From NCBI GenBank assembly GCA_030674455.1, contig JAUSGQ010000044.1, positions 13,080 to 77,079 on the forward strand: DNA of 64,000 nucleotides. Direction: 5' to 3'. The position numbers were made by a program, and so were the translations under genes. Positions 36,397 through 43,801 of this stretch are shown here, one piece after another (positions within the stretch are counted from its first letter, which is position 1; each line of letters opens with the position of its first letter). The notes below the pieces were generated by a model that saw only the letters and a list, made by a program, of their open reading frames with translations, searched no databases and was not told the DNA's origin. The stretch comes from a bacterium. Lineage in GTDB: Bacteria; Patescibacteriota; Minisyncoccia; Phycocordibacterales; UBA2100.

Positions 36397-36691
36397 CGCT
36401 AGCATTTGCGCCGGAGGCCGCGCGCCCCGTAGGACTGCACGGCCTCCGACTCACATGATTAGTTTCCTTGTTCGCTCGCAACTCGCTTCATCTCCAACAA
36501 TAGGAGAAAGTGCGTCGTGCATATGGACCTTTATATTATTCTAGTAACCATGCGCGCTCATGGAGTCCCGGTGGACCGCAGTGTCAGGCACTTTTTGGCC
36601 GTTTTATAGACACTGCGGACGGGACTTGCGCAAAGAACGTCTATATCAATAGTACGTATTGAAGATGAGGCCTTTATGAAGTTGACGGTTA

Positions 36692-37900
36692 TCAGGCTTT
36701 ACGACGTACATTGTGCGAGTAGTCAACGGCTATTTCGCTCGCTGTGTCGTTTTCATCACGCACGGAATCTCTTATGCCTACAAACTGTTTTCCCGCAGGG
36801 AACAAGATGGTGACAGTAGTGCCGCGCCCCTCGGCGCTCCTGACGGTAATTTTCCCGTTGTGGAGTTTTACGAGTTCGGAGACGATTGCCAAGCCCAATC
36901 CGCTTCCGCCGTTCCCGCGGGTTCTTGATATATCCACCCGATAGTACGGCTCAAAAATACGGAACAAATTCTTCCGCGCGATGCCTGTCCCCGAATCCTG
37001 CACAGTAAATTCTATATAATCCGGATATACCGGTTCCACGGTGATTAAAATGCGGCCGCCGCGCGATGTATAGACGATGGCGTTCTTGACGATGTTCATG
37101 GCAATCTGCTCGAGCGCGGCCGGGTTTCCGTGAACGCTCCGGCGCTCGCTCATGCGTTCCGTGAGCTCAAGTTGTTTTTGCTGCGCAAGCCCGGTAAGCT
37201 TGCCCATTACCCTTTGGATAACATTACCCAAATCCACGTCGCTGAATTCTATCCGCTCCGGACGAATGGAAGCGGAGAGCGAGAGCAGGTTGTTTATTAT
37301 CTCCGAGATTCGGTCCAATTCTTCCACCGTACTCTCAAATGTCTTTCTGGACTCCGTCGTTATATCCACAGACATGAGGGCGACTTCGGTATTGGTTTTG
37401 ATGATAGAAAGAGGGGTTCTAAGCTCGTGGGCAATATTGCCGATAAAACGCTTCTGCGATTCGAGTGCGTCGCGCGTTGGTTGTAGGGCGATGCGCGCGA
37501 TGACGTAACCAAAGATAAGCGTGATGCCTATAATGGCAAAGGCTGCGATCGCAACAGTGCGCGAGCGCAGCGAGCTCAGCTGCGCCGTAATCGCATCTCC
37601 TATGGAAATAGGCGTTGCGTCCGGAGCGAGCGCCTTGCTGATACCCTCGGTGACCGCGACTGAAACATCTCGATAGAGAGTGCCTGCGATCGCCGCGAGA
37701 ATAAGAAATATAATGCAGGCAAAGCCGATTTGGAGCGCAACCACGCTCACCTCTGTGCGAAAAAACGGGTCAAAGCGGTAGCTATGTGCAAAGCCGGTAA
37801 CCAATCCCGCGAATCGTTTCCAATAAGCGATCAGAGTCTTCCCCAAGCTTTCGACGAAGGTTTTTGACATGGACATCAACGACATTACTAAATCCCGCAT
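36692..37900 (-). CDS. sensor histidine kinase (2 TM, HisKA, HATPase_c)
   Basis: H-box IAHELRTPLSII, N/G1/G2 boxes. Start uncertain: the ORF overlaps the upstream regulator by ~90-119 nt, and an internal alternative start is possible. Confidence 0.8.
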   Translation of the reverse strand: MRDLVMSLMSMSKTFVESLGKTLIAYWKRFAGLVTGFAHSYRFDPFFRTEVSVVALQIGFACIIFLILAAIAGTLYRDVSVAVTEGISKALAPDATPISIGDAITAQLSSLRSRTVAIAAFAIIGITLIFGYVIARIALQPTRDALESQKRFIGNIAHELRTPLSIIKTNTEVALMSVDITTESRKTFESTVEELDRISEIINNLLSLSASIRPERIEFSDVDLGNVIQRVMGKLTGLAQQKQLELTERMSERRSVHGNPAALEQIAMNIVKNAIVYTSRGGRILITVEPVYPDYIEFTVQDSGTGIARKNLFRIFEPYYRVDISRTRGNGGSGLGLAIVSELVKLHNGKITVRSAEGRGTTVTILFPAGKQFVGIRDSVRDENDTASEIAVDYSHNVRRKA

Positions 37901-38453
37901 AATTAAAATCCCAAAGATGAGTAAGTAGATCCTCCCGATTCACGACCTGATTCGGGTGGCGCATGAAATACTCCAAGAGGCTGAATTCCTTAAGGGTTAG
38001 TAAAATGTTGCGCCCCGAGCGCGTTGCCCGCCGCGTGCCGGGGTCGAGTTCGATATCCGCAACATGCAATATTTCCGGCAGGCTGTCGGAAGGTCTGCGC
38101 AAAAGCGCGCGTACGCGCGCGGAGAGTTCTTCGAAAGAGAACGGCTTGACCAAGTAATCATCCGCGCCCGCCGAAAGCAAAGTTACTTTGGTGTCCGTTT
38201 CCGCGCGTGCGGTCAAGACCAAAATCGGAAGCGTGATGTTCCGCGAACGCACTTCCCTGCATATTTCAAGTCCGTCCATGGATGGGAGCATAAGGTCAAG
38301 AATAATCAGGTCATAATCGCTACGATGCAGCGATATTCGAGTCAATGCTTTCTTGCCGTCCTCCACGATATCGACGGCATATCCCCCAATTTCAAGTCCG
38401 CGTTTTAGTGCGTCCGCAAGCTTTTGTTCATCTTCAACGACCAGTATCTTCAT
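37782..38453 (-). CDS. OmpR-family response regulator (paralog of 31571..32266)
   Basis: MKILVVEDEQKLADALKRGLE.. receiver and wHTH (..IRGIGYRL). Confidence 0.85.
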   Translation of the reverse strand: MKILVVEDEQKLADALKRGLEIGGYAVDIVEDGKKALTRISLHRSDYDLIILDLMLPSMDGLEICREVRSRNITLPILVLTARAETDTKVTLLSAGADDYLVKPFSFEELSARVRALLRRPSDSLPEILHVADIELDPGTRRATRSGRNILLTLKEFSLLEYFMRHPNQVVNREDLLTHLWDFNYAGFSNVVDVHVKNLRRKLGEDSDRLLETIRGIGYRLCT

Positions 38454-39018
38454 AATTTATGCGTTTCCCCGGACTAAATAAAAATATCCGCTGTAATGCA
38501 ATCATAAAGCGGCGATAGTGAAGTTTTCATGAGTACACTCGGTATTAGACGCGTGGCACGCATGTTGCTTACAGTTGTCAGTCAGTTGTCCAGTTGTCAA
38601 TTCACATTTTCTCCATGGTCAGTAATAGATACTGTACGCATGCGTCTTCCGTAAGTAAGCCAGATAAAAAAGAAGAACGCATATGCCTATGAAACACATT
38701 AGCGAATTTCTTGTCATTCGAAGACGCGAACTTGAAAGAGTCCGCCAGATTTCTTTGTTCGATGCGACTCCCGAAAAAGGAAGCGTTGAGTGGGGTACCT
38801 TTAATTCTCTGCGCGATGACACAATCGACGGTTATCCTGTACTCATCTCACAGAAGCCCATCGTAGTTGCAGAGCCGCACCACATATTGCGCATTGTGTA
38901 TCCTCGACCAAAGCAGGCTTAAAAAAACAATCCGCTAGGAGGCGACTTGGGGGTTGAACCGCCAAGTGAGAACCTACAAGTCAAAGAGCGGTAAGAACTT
39001 TCCTTCTCGAGCGTCTTC

Positions 39019-40356
39019 ATGAGTATGATGTCCACGATAGCCTTACTCTTAGCATCTGTATTTATTGCGGCTTCGGGTGCATATATAGTAAACGCGCAAA
39101 CGAGCAGCGTCTCATCTTCTTTGCAGGGTGCGGTATCGAGTAGCAACCCCGCGCGACCGTGTAAAGCACTCGCTATCGGCCTGCGTTTTGGCATGCGCGA
39201 CCAAGCGCCCGGTGGAGATATTGAATATCTTCAGAACTTTTTGATACAGGAAGGCTACCTCAATGTGAATGCTACCGGATTTTTCGGCCCACTAACATTT
39301 CGCGCAGTCACAAACTTTCAGGCAAGTAATGGAATATCGGCTATAGGACTTGTCGGCCCCATGACGCGCGCCGCCATCAATGCGCGGCGCTGCGGAAATC
39401 CTCCGCCCTTTTCCTCGGTAAGTATCTCTAACATCAACCCTTCATCCGGAGCGGTCGGCACGGTAGTAACCATCACGGGTTACGGGTTCACGAATGACAA
39501 CACAGTTAACTTCGGCTATGGCGCAATTGTGCATGTCCCCATCGCAACGAACGGCATTCGACAAACGCTTGTCTTCAGCGTCCCTGAATCGCTGACGCCT
39601 GCTTGTTTCTACAGCGCGCCCCGCTGTCTCTTGCCTACGCGGCAAACCTCACCCGGCGCTTACAATGTTTCCATAACAAATGGAAACGGAACGAGTAACG
39701 CATTCACGTACACCGTGACAGCGCCTGGCGTCCCGGCCCCAAACATCTCGTCCATCACTCCAAGTTCCGGCCCCACAGGAACTTTGGTCACGCTTTCAGG
39801 TTCCGGGTTCAGCAGTAACGACATCGTGCTTATTGACGGAGGAATGATTACTGCTAATTCGATCGGAAGCAATCAGATTTCTTTCATTCTGCCGGAAAGC
39901 GTCGGACCGTATTGCCCAACCGGCTTTATGTGCGCGATGTATATGCGCCTCCTTACTCCCGGTATGTATCAAATCTCGGTGAAAGATACCGCGAGCGACA
40001 AGACGAGCAATAGCGTTGCGTTCACAATCACACCTAGGAACACAGCAGGCGGCATTTCGATAAGCGGAATTGACGGGCCTCCGGTACTTTCTCTGGGAAT
40101 AACCGGAACCTGGACGGTACGAGCTTCCGTGCAAAGTAATTTCTCCGGCAATCTCCGCTACAGTGTCGTGTGGGGTGACGAAAACATCTACGCGGTTGGG
40201 ATTATGGCGCCACGCGTCGAAACCGTGCAGACGTCCGCATCATTTACGCACAGCTACCAGCGCACCGGAGTATATAGCCCTACGTTCACAGTATCCGACG
40301 AGTTCGGACACTCGGCGACAGTAAGTTCTTCCGTAAGTGTGACGCCTCTCTATTGA
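39019..40356 (+). CDS. secreted protein with peptidoglycan-binding domain, two IPT/TIG-like domains and a C-terminal PKD-like domain
   Basis: Signal peptide; PG_binding_1-like DIEYLQNFLIQEGYL..GFFGPLTFRAVTNFQ; ISNINPSSGAVGTVVTITGYGF and ISSITPSSGPTGTLVTLSGSGF. Confidence 0.7.
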   Translation: MSMMSTIALLLASVFIAASGAYIVNAQTSSVSSSLQGAVSSSNPARPCKALAIGLRFGMRDQAPGGDIEYLQNFLIQEGYLNVNATGFFGPLTFRAVTNFQASNGISAIGLVGPMTRAAINARRCGNPPPFSSVSISNINPSSGAVGTVVTITGYGFTNDNTVNFGYGAIVHVPIATNGIRQTLVFSVPESLTPACFYSAPRCLLPTRQTSPGAYNVSITNGNGTSNAFTYTVTAPGVPAPNISSITPSSGPTGTLVTLSGSGFSSNDIVLIDGGMITANSIGSNQISFILPESVGPYCPTGFMCAMYMRLLTPGMYQISVKDTASDKTSNSVAFTITPRNTAGGISISGIDGPPVLSLGITGTWTVRASVQSNFSGNLRYSVVWGDENIYAVGIMAPRVETVQTSASFTHSYQRTGVYSPTFTVSDEFGHSATVSSSVSVTPLY

Positions 40357-40402
40357 TAGACCGGCCGGCGACAAATCTTATACCATCTCCAAGTAGCCTT
40401 TC

Positions 40403-40490
40403 GTCATTGCGAGGAATGAGGAGGAACGACGAATGACGAAGCAATCCAGGGTAACCTTCAGAACTCCTGGATTGCTTCGCTTCGCTCGAC
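40403..40490. repeat. palindromic repeat family member d (GTCATTGCGAGG...GAAGCAATCCAGG...CCTGGATTGCTTCGCTTCGCTCGAC)
   Basis: Sits between two convergent genes. Confidence 0.65.
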
Positions 40491-40503
40491 TCGACGAGTG
40501 TGA

Positions 40504-41148
40504 TTAAAACGTGCTTCTTCCGTCCCCCGTCAGGGGAATTTCGTCGCCCAAGTATTTCGGCTTCCTGTCTACCATCAAATCAATGATTGCTTTCTCGTTC
40601 GCAAGAATTTCACGCACATAGTTTTTTGAAAGCGAAGGCTCGGAATTGGCTTTCAGGCCGTAGGTTTTGAGCCCAAGTGAGCGCGCCAGAAAGATGGCTC
40701 TCGGCAGATGAAACGATTGGGTAGCGATAATGAGGGAATCTGCTCGAAAAATCTCGCGCGCGCGGTACATCGTGCTGTATGTGTCGAATCCCGCATGGTC
40801 AAGAAATATATCTTCATCCGGAATACCGGCCGCGAGAAGATACTTCCGAACGGGATTTACTTCGTTGTGGCTCACCGTGCTGTTGTCGCCCGAAACAAGG
40901 ATTTTGGAGACTTTTCCTGCCCTATATAAAACTACGGCAGTATCCGCGCGGTCTTTAAAAATAGGAGATAGCTCGCCTTTTGAGCTGACGGCGGCTCCCG
41001 GAATAACCGCGGCCTGCGCACTCGGAATACCTTCGGCGGATTCATACACGTATGGTTTGGAGGCGGCGTAAATATACGCATTGACTAAAAGAACGCTTAG
41101 CATGAGCGCAATCGATGCTCTTGCCAAGAATGAACATATCGGTGTCAT
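40504..41148 (-). CDS. SanA/YdcF (DUF218) family protein
   Basis: N-terminal TM plus a DUF218 core (..VLYRAGKVSKILVSGDNS..). Confidence 0.65.
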   Translation of the reverse strand: MTPICSFLARASIALMLSVLLVNAYIYAASKPYVYESAEGIPSAQAAVIPGAAVSSKGELSPIFKDRADTAVVLYRAGKVSKILVSGDNSTVSHNEVNPVRKYLLAAGIPDEDIFLDHAGFDTYSTMYRAREIFRADSLIIATQSFHLPRAIFLARSLGLKTYGLKANSEPSLSKNYVREILANEKAIIDLMVDRKPKYLGDEIPLTGDGRSTF

Positions 41149-41202
41149 ACGGCAAAAATACCACTATGACACGTGCGCGGATAGAGGCCTATTCCCTGAG
41201 GC

Positions 41203-41706
41203 CTATTCCCTGATGAAGTCCGCATTTATAATCGGCTCTGAACCTCCTCCAATAAGTTTTCCCGTTACTTTTATGATATCGCCGGCGGTGATGTCTGAAA
41301 GTTCTGCTTTTTCGCCCTTCTGTGAAAAGATTTTTGTATACTTTTCGGTTTGCACTGTCCACATGAAACGCTGTCCGCCCCAATTTTGGCCGATGCGAAT
41401 GCGCTTGCCTTCAATCGAAAGCACCTGCGCACCGCGCAAAAGAACGAGGCCATTGTTCGCGATATGCATTTCAAGCATCGGAGCATTGGCGGATGAGGTT
41501 GCTCCCGTTGCCGGAGAATCAGATGCTGTCGCCCCCACCGAAGAAACAAAACTTGCTTTGTCGGAGCGCGCGCGTGAAAGAGCCTTATCGTTAATATTAA
41601 AGAAAAGTAAGCCGGTAACAGTGAGAAGATACGCAATAGAAAGTGCCGAGACTGAAAGTGTTTTGCCCGATAAGCCGTACCTTTGTATTGCCAAATTCAT
41701 GTTCAT
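41203..41706 (-). CDS. hypothetical exported/anchored protein
   Basis: 167 aa. N-terminal TM/signal and a Ser/Ala/Thr-rich linker; no recognisable family. Confidence 0.4.
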   Translation of the reverse strand: MNMNLAIQRYGLSGKTLSVSALSIAYLLTVTGLLFFNINDKALSRARSDKASFVSSVGATASDSPATGATSSANAPMLEMHIANNGLVLLRGAQVLSIEGKRIRIGQNWGGQRFMWTVQTEKYTKIFSQKGEKAELSDITAGDIIKVTGKLIGGGSEPIINADFIRE

Positions 41707-41833
41707 ATAAAAATATTTTTGTGGCTGTCTCTCATGTATACAATGTCACGATGAATCAATCGTGAAATCAACTGCCGTTTTCGGCAATTTTTGGTAGGAG
41801 TTTTTCTTCTGAAAGCTTTCTAAACCAAATTTG

Positions 41834-43036
41834 TTAGCCGTTCACCTTAAATAGTATCTTCGGATTCGATTCCATCGCCTTTTCAAAACTCTGCGGCGTG
41901 AATTTATGGAAATCCAATATTGTTCCCTTCCCTTTTTTCAGAATAACGTTCCATATCGCGTCCTGGACGCCGTTTGATTTGTCGGAAAGCACGCGCTGTG
42001 CAATTTGCCATGTGCGGAAAATGCGGCGGCCGATAATGCCGTGGATTGTGAGGCCCCGCACGATTACGTTGCGCGAGAAATTCGGGATTGTAAACTCGCC
42101 ATCCTTTATGCCGAAGGCGACAACATCTCCGCCGCGACGCGTGGAAAGAATACAGTTGTTGAGCGATGATGGCGGTCCGGCCATTTCCATTGAGATGTCC
42201 ACCCCTTTGCCATAGGTTAGCTCCATTATTCGGTCAACAACTTTCGCATCGGCTTCCCAGCCGTGAACTTTCTTGCTCTTTTCGATGAGAATTGTTTCGT
42301 GCGCGCCCAACTGTTTTGCCATTTTTAGGTTTTCTTTGCTGATGTCTATTGCGATGACCTTGGCCGCGCCGAAATTGCGCGCGAGAAGAATGGAGAAAAG
42401 TCCTACGGGGCCGCACCCGAAAACCGCCGCGCGCTGCCCGCGGAAATCGACGCATGTCGTCGCGTGTACCGCGTTACCGAGCGGGTCAAAAATAGAGCCA
42501 ATCTCCGGGCGAATTCTTCTTTCATCAATTGCCCAGAGATTCCTCGCAGGGATTTTTACATATTCCGCAAAAATTCCGTCTATTGAAATTCCCAGTATCG
42601 CTTCATTGAGGCATACGTGCCCCTCGCCGATGCGGCATTGGTAGCATCGTCCGCAGGTCACGTGCGAATCGCCGGATACCAAACTCCCAACTTCAATCTT
42701 GGCGGGATTCTTTTCGTCAGGGTCGTAATACAAGCGCTCGACCATCGAGCCCACCTTGATGACTTCTCCCAAGAATTCGTGTCCCGTGATGCGTGTGGTT
42801 TTTTTCTCGCGTTTCAGAGAGTCGTGAACCATGTCTTTGAACGCGGTACGGTACCAGAGCCCGCGGTCGGAACCGCACACTCCCGCGTAACGGATTTTCA
42901 GGATGACAGAAAGCGCGTCTTCCGGATTCTTCTTCTCGTCCAAAACGGGCATTGGAACATCCCGCATCACAAACCCGCGGCTACCGTCCCACGCGTCCTT
43001 TTTGAGGTCTATTGTTAGTGCTCTAACCTTTTTCAT
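41834..43036 (-). CDS. tdh: L-threonine 3-dehydrogenase (zinc MDR family)
   Basis: GVCGSDRGLW, GHEFLGEV, CGRCYQCRIGEGHVC zinc site and Rossmann GCGPVG. Start trimmed to MKKVRAL (ATG 43034-43036). Confidence 0.8.
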   Translation of the reverse strand: MKKVRALTIDLKKDAWDGSRGFVMRDVPMPVLDEKKNPEDALSVILKIRYAGVCGSDRGLWYRTAFKDMVHDSLKREKKTTRITGHEFLGEVIKVGSMVERLYYDPDEKNPAKIEVGSLVSGDSHVTCGRCYQCRIGEGHVCLNEAILGISIDGIFAEYVKIPARNLWAIDERRIRPEIGSIFDPLGNAVHATTCVDFRGQRAAVFGCGPVGLFSILLARNFGAAKVIAIDISKENLKMAKQLGAHETILIEKSKKVHGWEADAKVVDRIMELTYGKGVDISMEMAGPPSSLNNCILSTRRGGDVVAFGIKDGEFTIPNFSRNVIVRGLTIHGIIGRRIFRTWQIAQRVLSDKSNGVQDAIWNVILKKGKGTILDFHKFTPQSFEKAMESNPKILFKVNG

Positions 43037-43125
43037 ATATGTACACCGCAGACTAACAGAAAATAGGAGAACAGAAAAGGTTGCGGCAGATTGCCGATCC
43101 GTAATCCGTTGCATTACATCCGTTC

Positions 43126-43146
43126 CACAATCCCTCACGGCCGTGT
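43126..43146 (+). repeat. direct repeat, left copy (caatccCTCACGGCCGTG) overlapping a -10-like TATAAT 8 nt before the ATG
   Basis: Repeated at 43745..43766 and related to 1249/1912 through the CTCACGGYCG core. Confidence 0.55.
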
Positions 43147-43158
43147 ATAATCGTTGAC

Positions 43159-43728
43159 ATGGGTAAATTGGAGTCCGAGTTCCGTTTGGAACGGCGAAAA
43201 GGATATGTGCGCGATGGCCTTCTTCTCGCCCTTGGGTTATCCGGTGCAATACTTTTTCCGTCCATAGCACTCGCTACACTCCAAATCATCGGTATAGCAG
43301 ACAGAAATAAACGCAAGTTCAGTTACCAGATAAAAAATGTTGCTTCCCGCTTGGCCAGTCAAGGTCTTGTTCGATTCAAGAACAAGGGATTTATCGAACT
43401 GACTGAAAGTGGACAGCGAGAATTTCACCGTTTAGAGCTGGAAATGGTACTGCGTTCCAACGTACGGCGAAAATGGGACAAAAGGTGGCGCATGGTCATA
43501 TTTGACATCCCGGAACGCTACCGGAATATCCGCGACAAACTTCGAGTGACACTTCAATCCTATGGATTTCACCAACTTCAACAAAGCGTTTGGATTTTCC
43601 CATACGACTGCGAGGACGTGGTTACGCTTCTGAAAGCTGATCTGGGTGTTGCTGGCTCGGTATTGTATGCAATAGTCGAGAAGCTCGAGAATGATTCGCG
43701 CCTTAAGCAGGAGTTCGGACTTCGGTAA
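43159..43728 (+). CDS. PaaX-like small regulator with N-terminal TM helix (paralog of 1275..1859)
   Basis: 189 aa. RRKWDKRWRMVIFDIPERYRNIRDKLR..GFHQLQQSVWIFPYDCEDVVTLLKADL is close to collinear with the first copy. Confidence 0.6.
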   Translation: MGKLESEFRLERRKGYVRDGLLLALGLSGAILFPSIALATLQIIGIADRNKRKFSYQIKNVASRLASQGLVRFKNKGFIELTESGQREFHRLELEMVLRSNVRRKWDKRWRMVIFDIPERYRNIRDKLRVTLQSYGFHQLQQSVWIFPYDCEDVVTLLKADLGVAGSVLYAIVEKLENDSRLKQEFGLR

Positions 43729-43744
43729 CGATGTCAACAATCCC

Positions 43745-43775
43745 TCACGGCCGCGAGGGATTGTTGACACGAGAG
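43745..43775 (+). repeat. direct repeat, right copy, palindromic (caacaatccCTCACGGCCGCGagggattgttgaca)
   Basis: Perfect 13-bp inverted arms around CACGGCCGCG. Same CTCACGGCCG core as the upstream copy. Confidence 0.55.
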
Positions 43776-43801
43776 TTGCACTGCGCGCTTTGCTCGCCAC
43801 G

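Noticed and set aside
38683-38922. 79-aa plus-strand ORF in the 565-bp divergent spacer between the RR2 operon and the PG-binding protein gene
   Set aside because: No recognisable domain and it overlaps a minus-strand ORF of similar size. It cannot be distinguished from noise without expression or conservation data.
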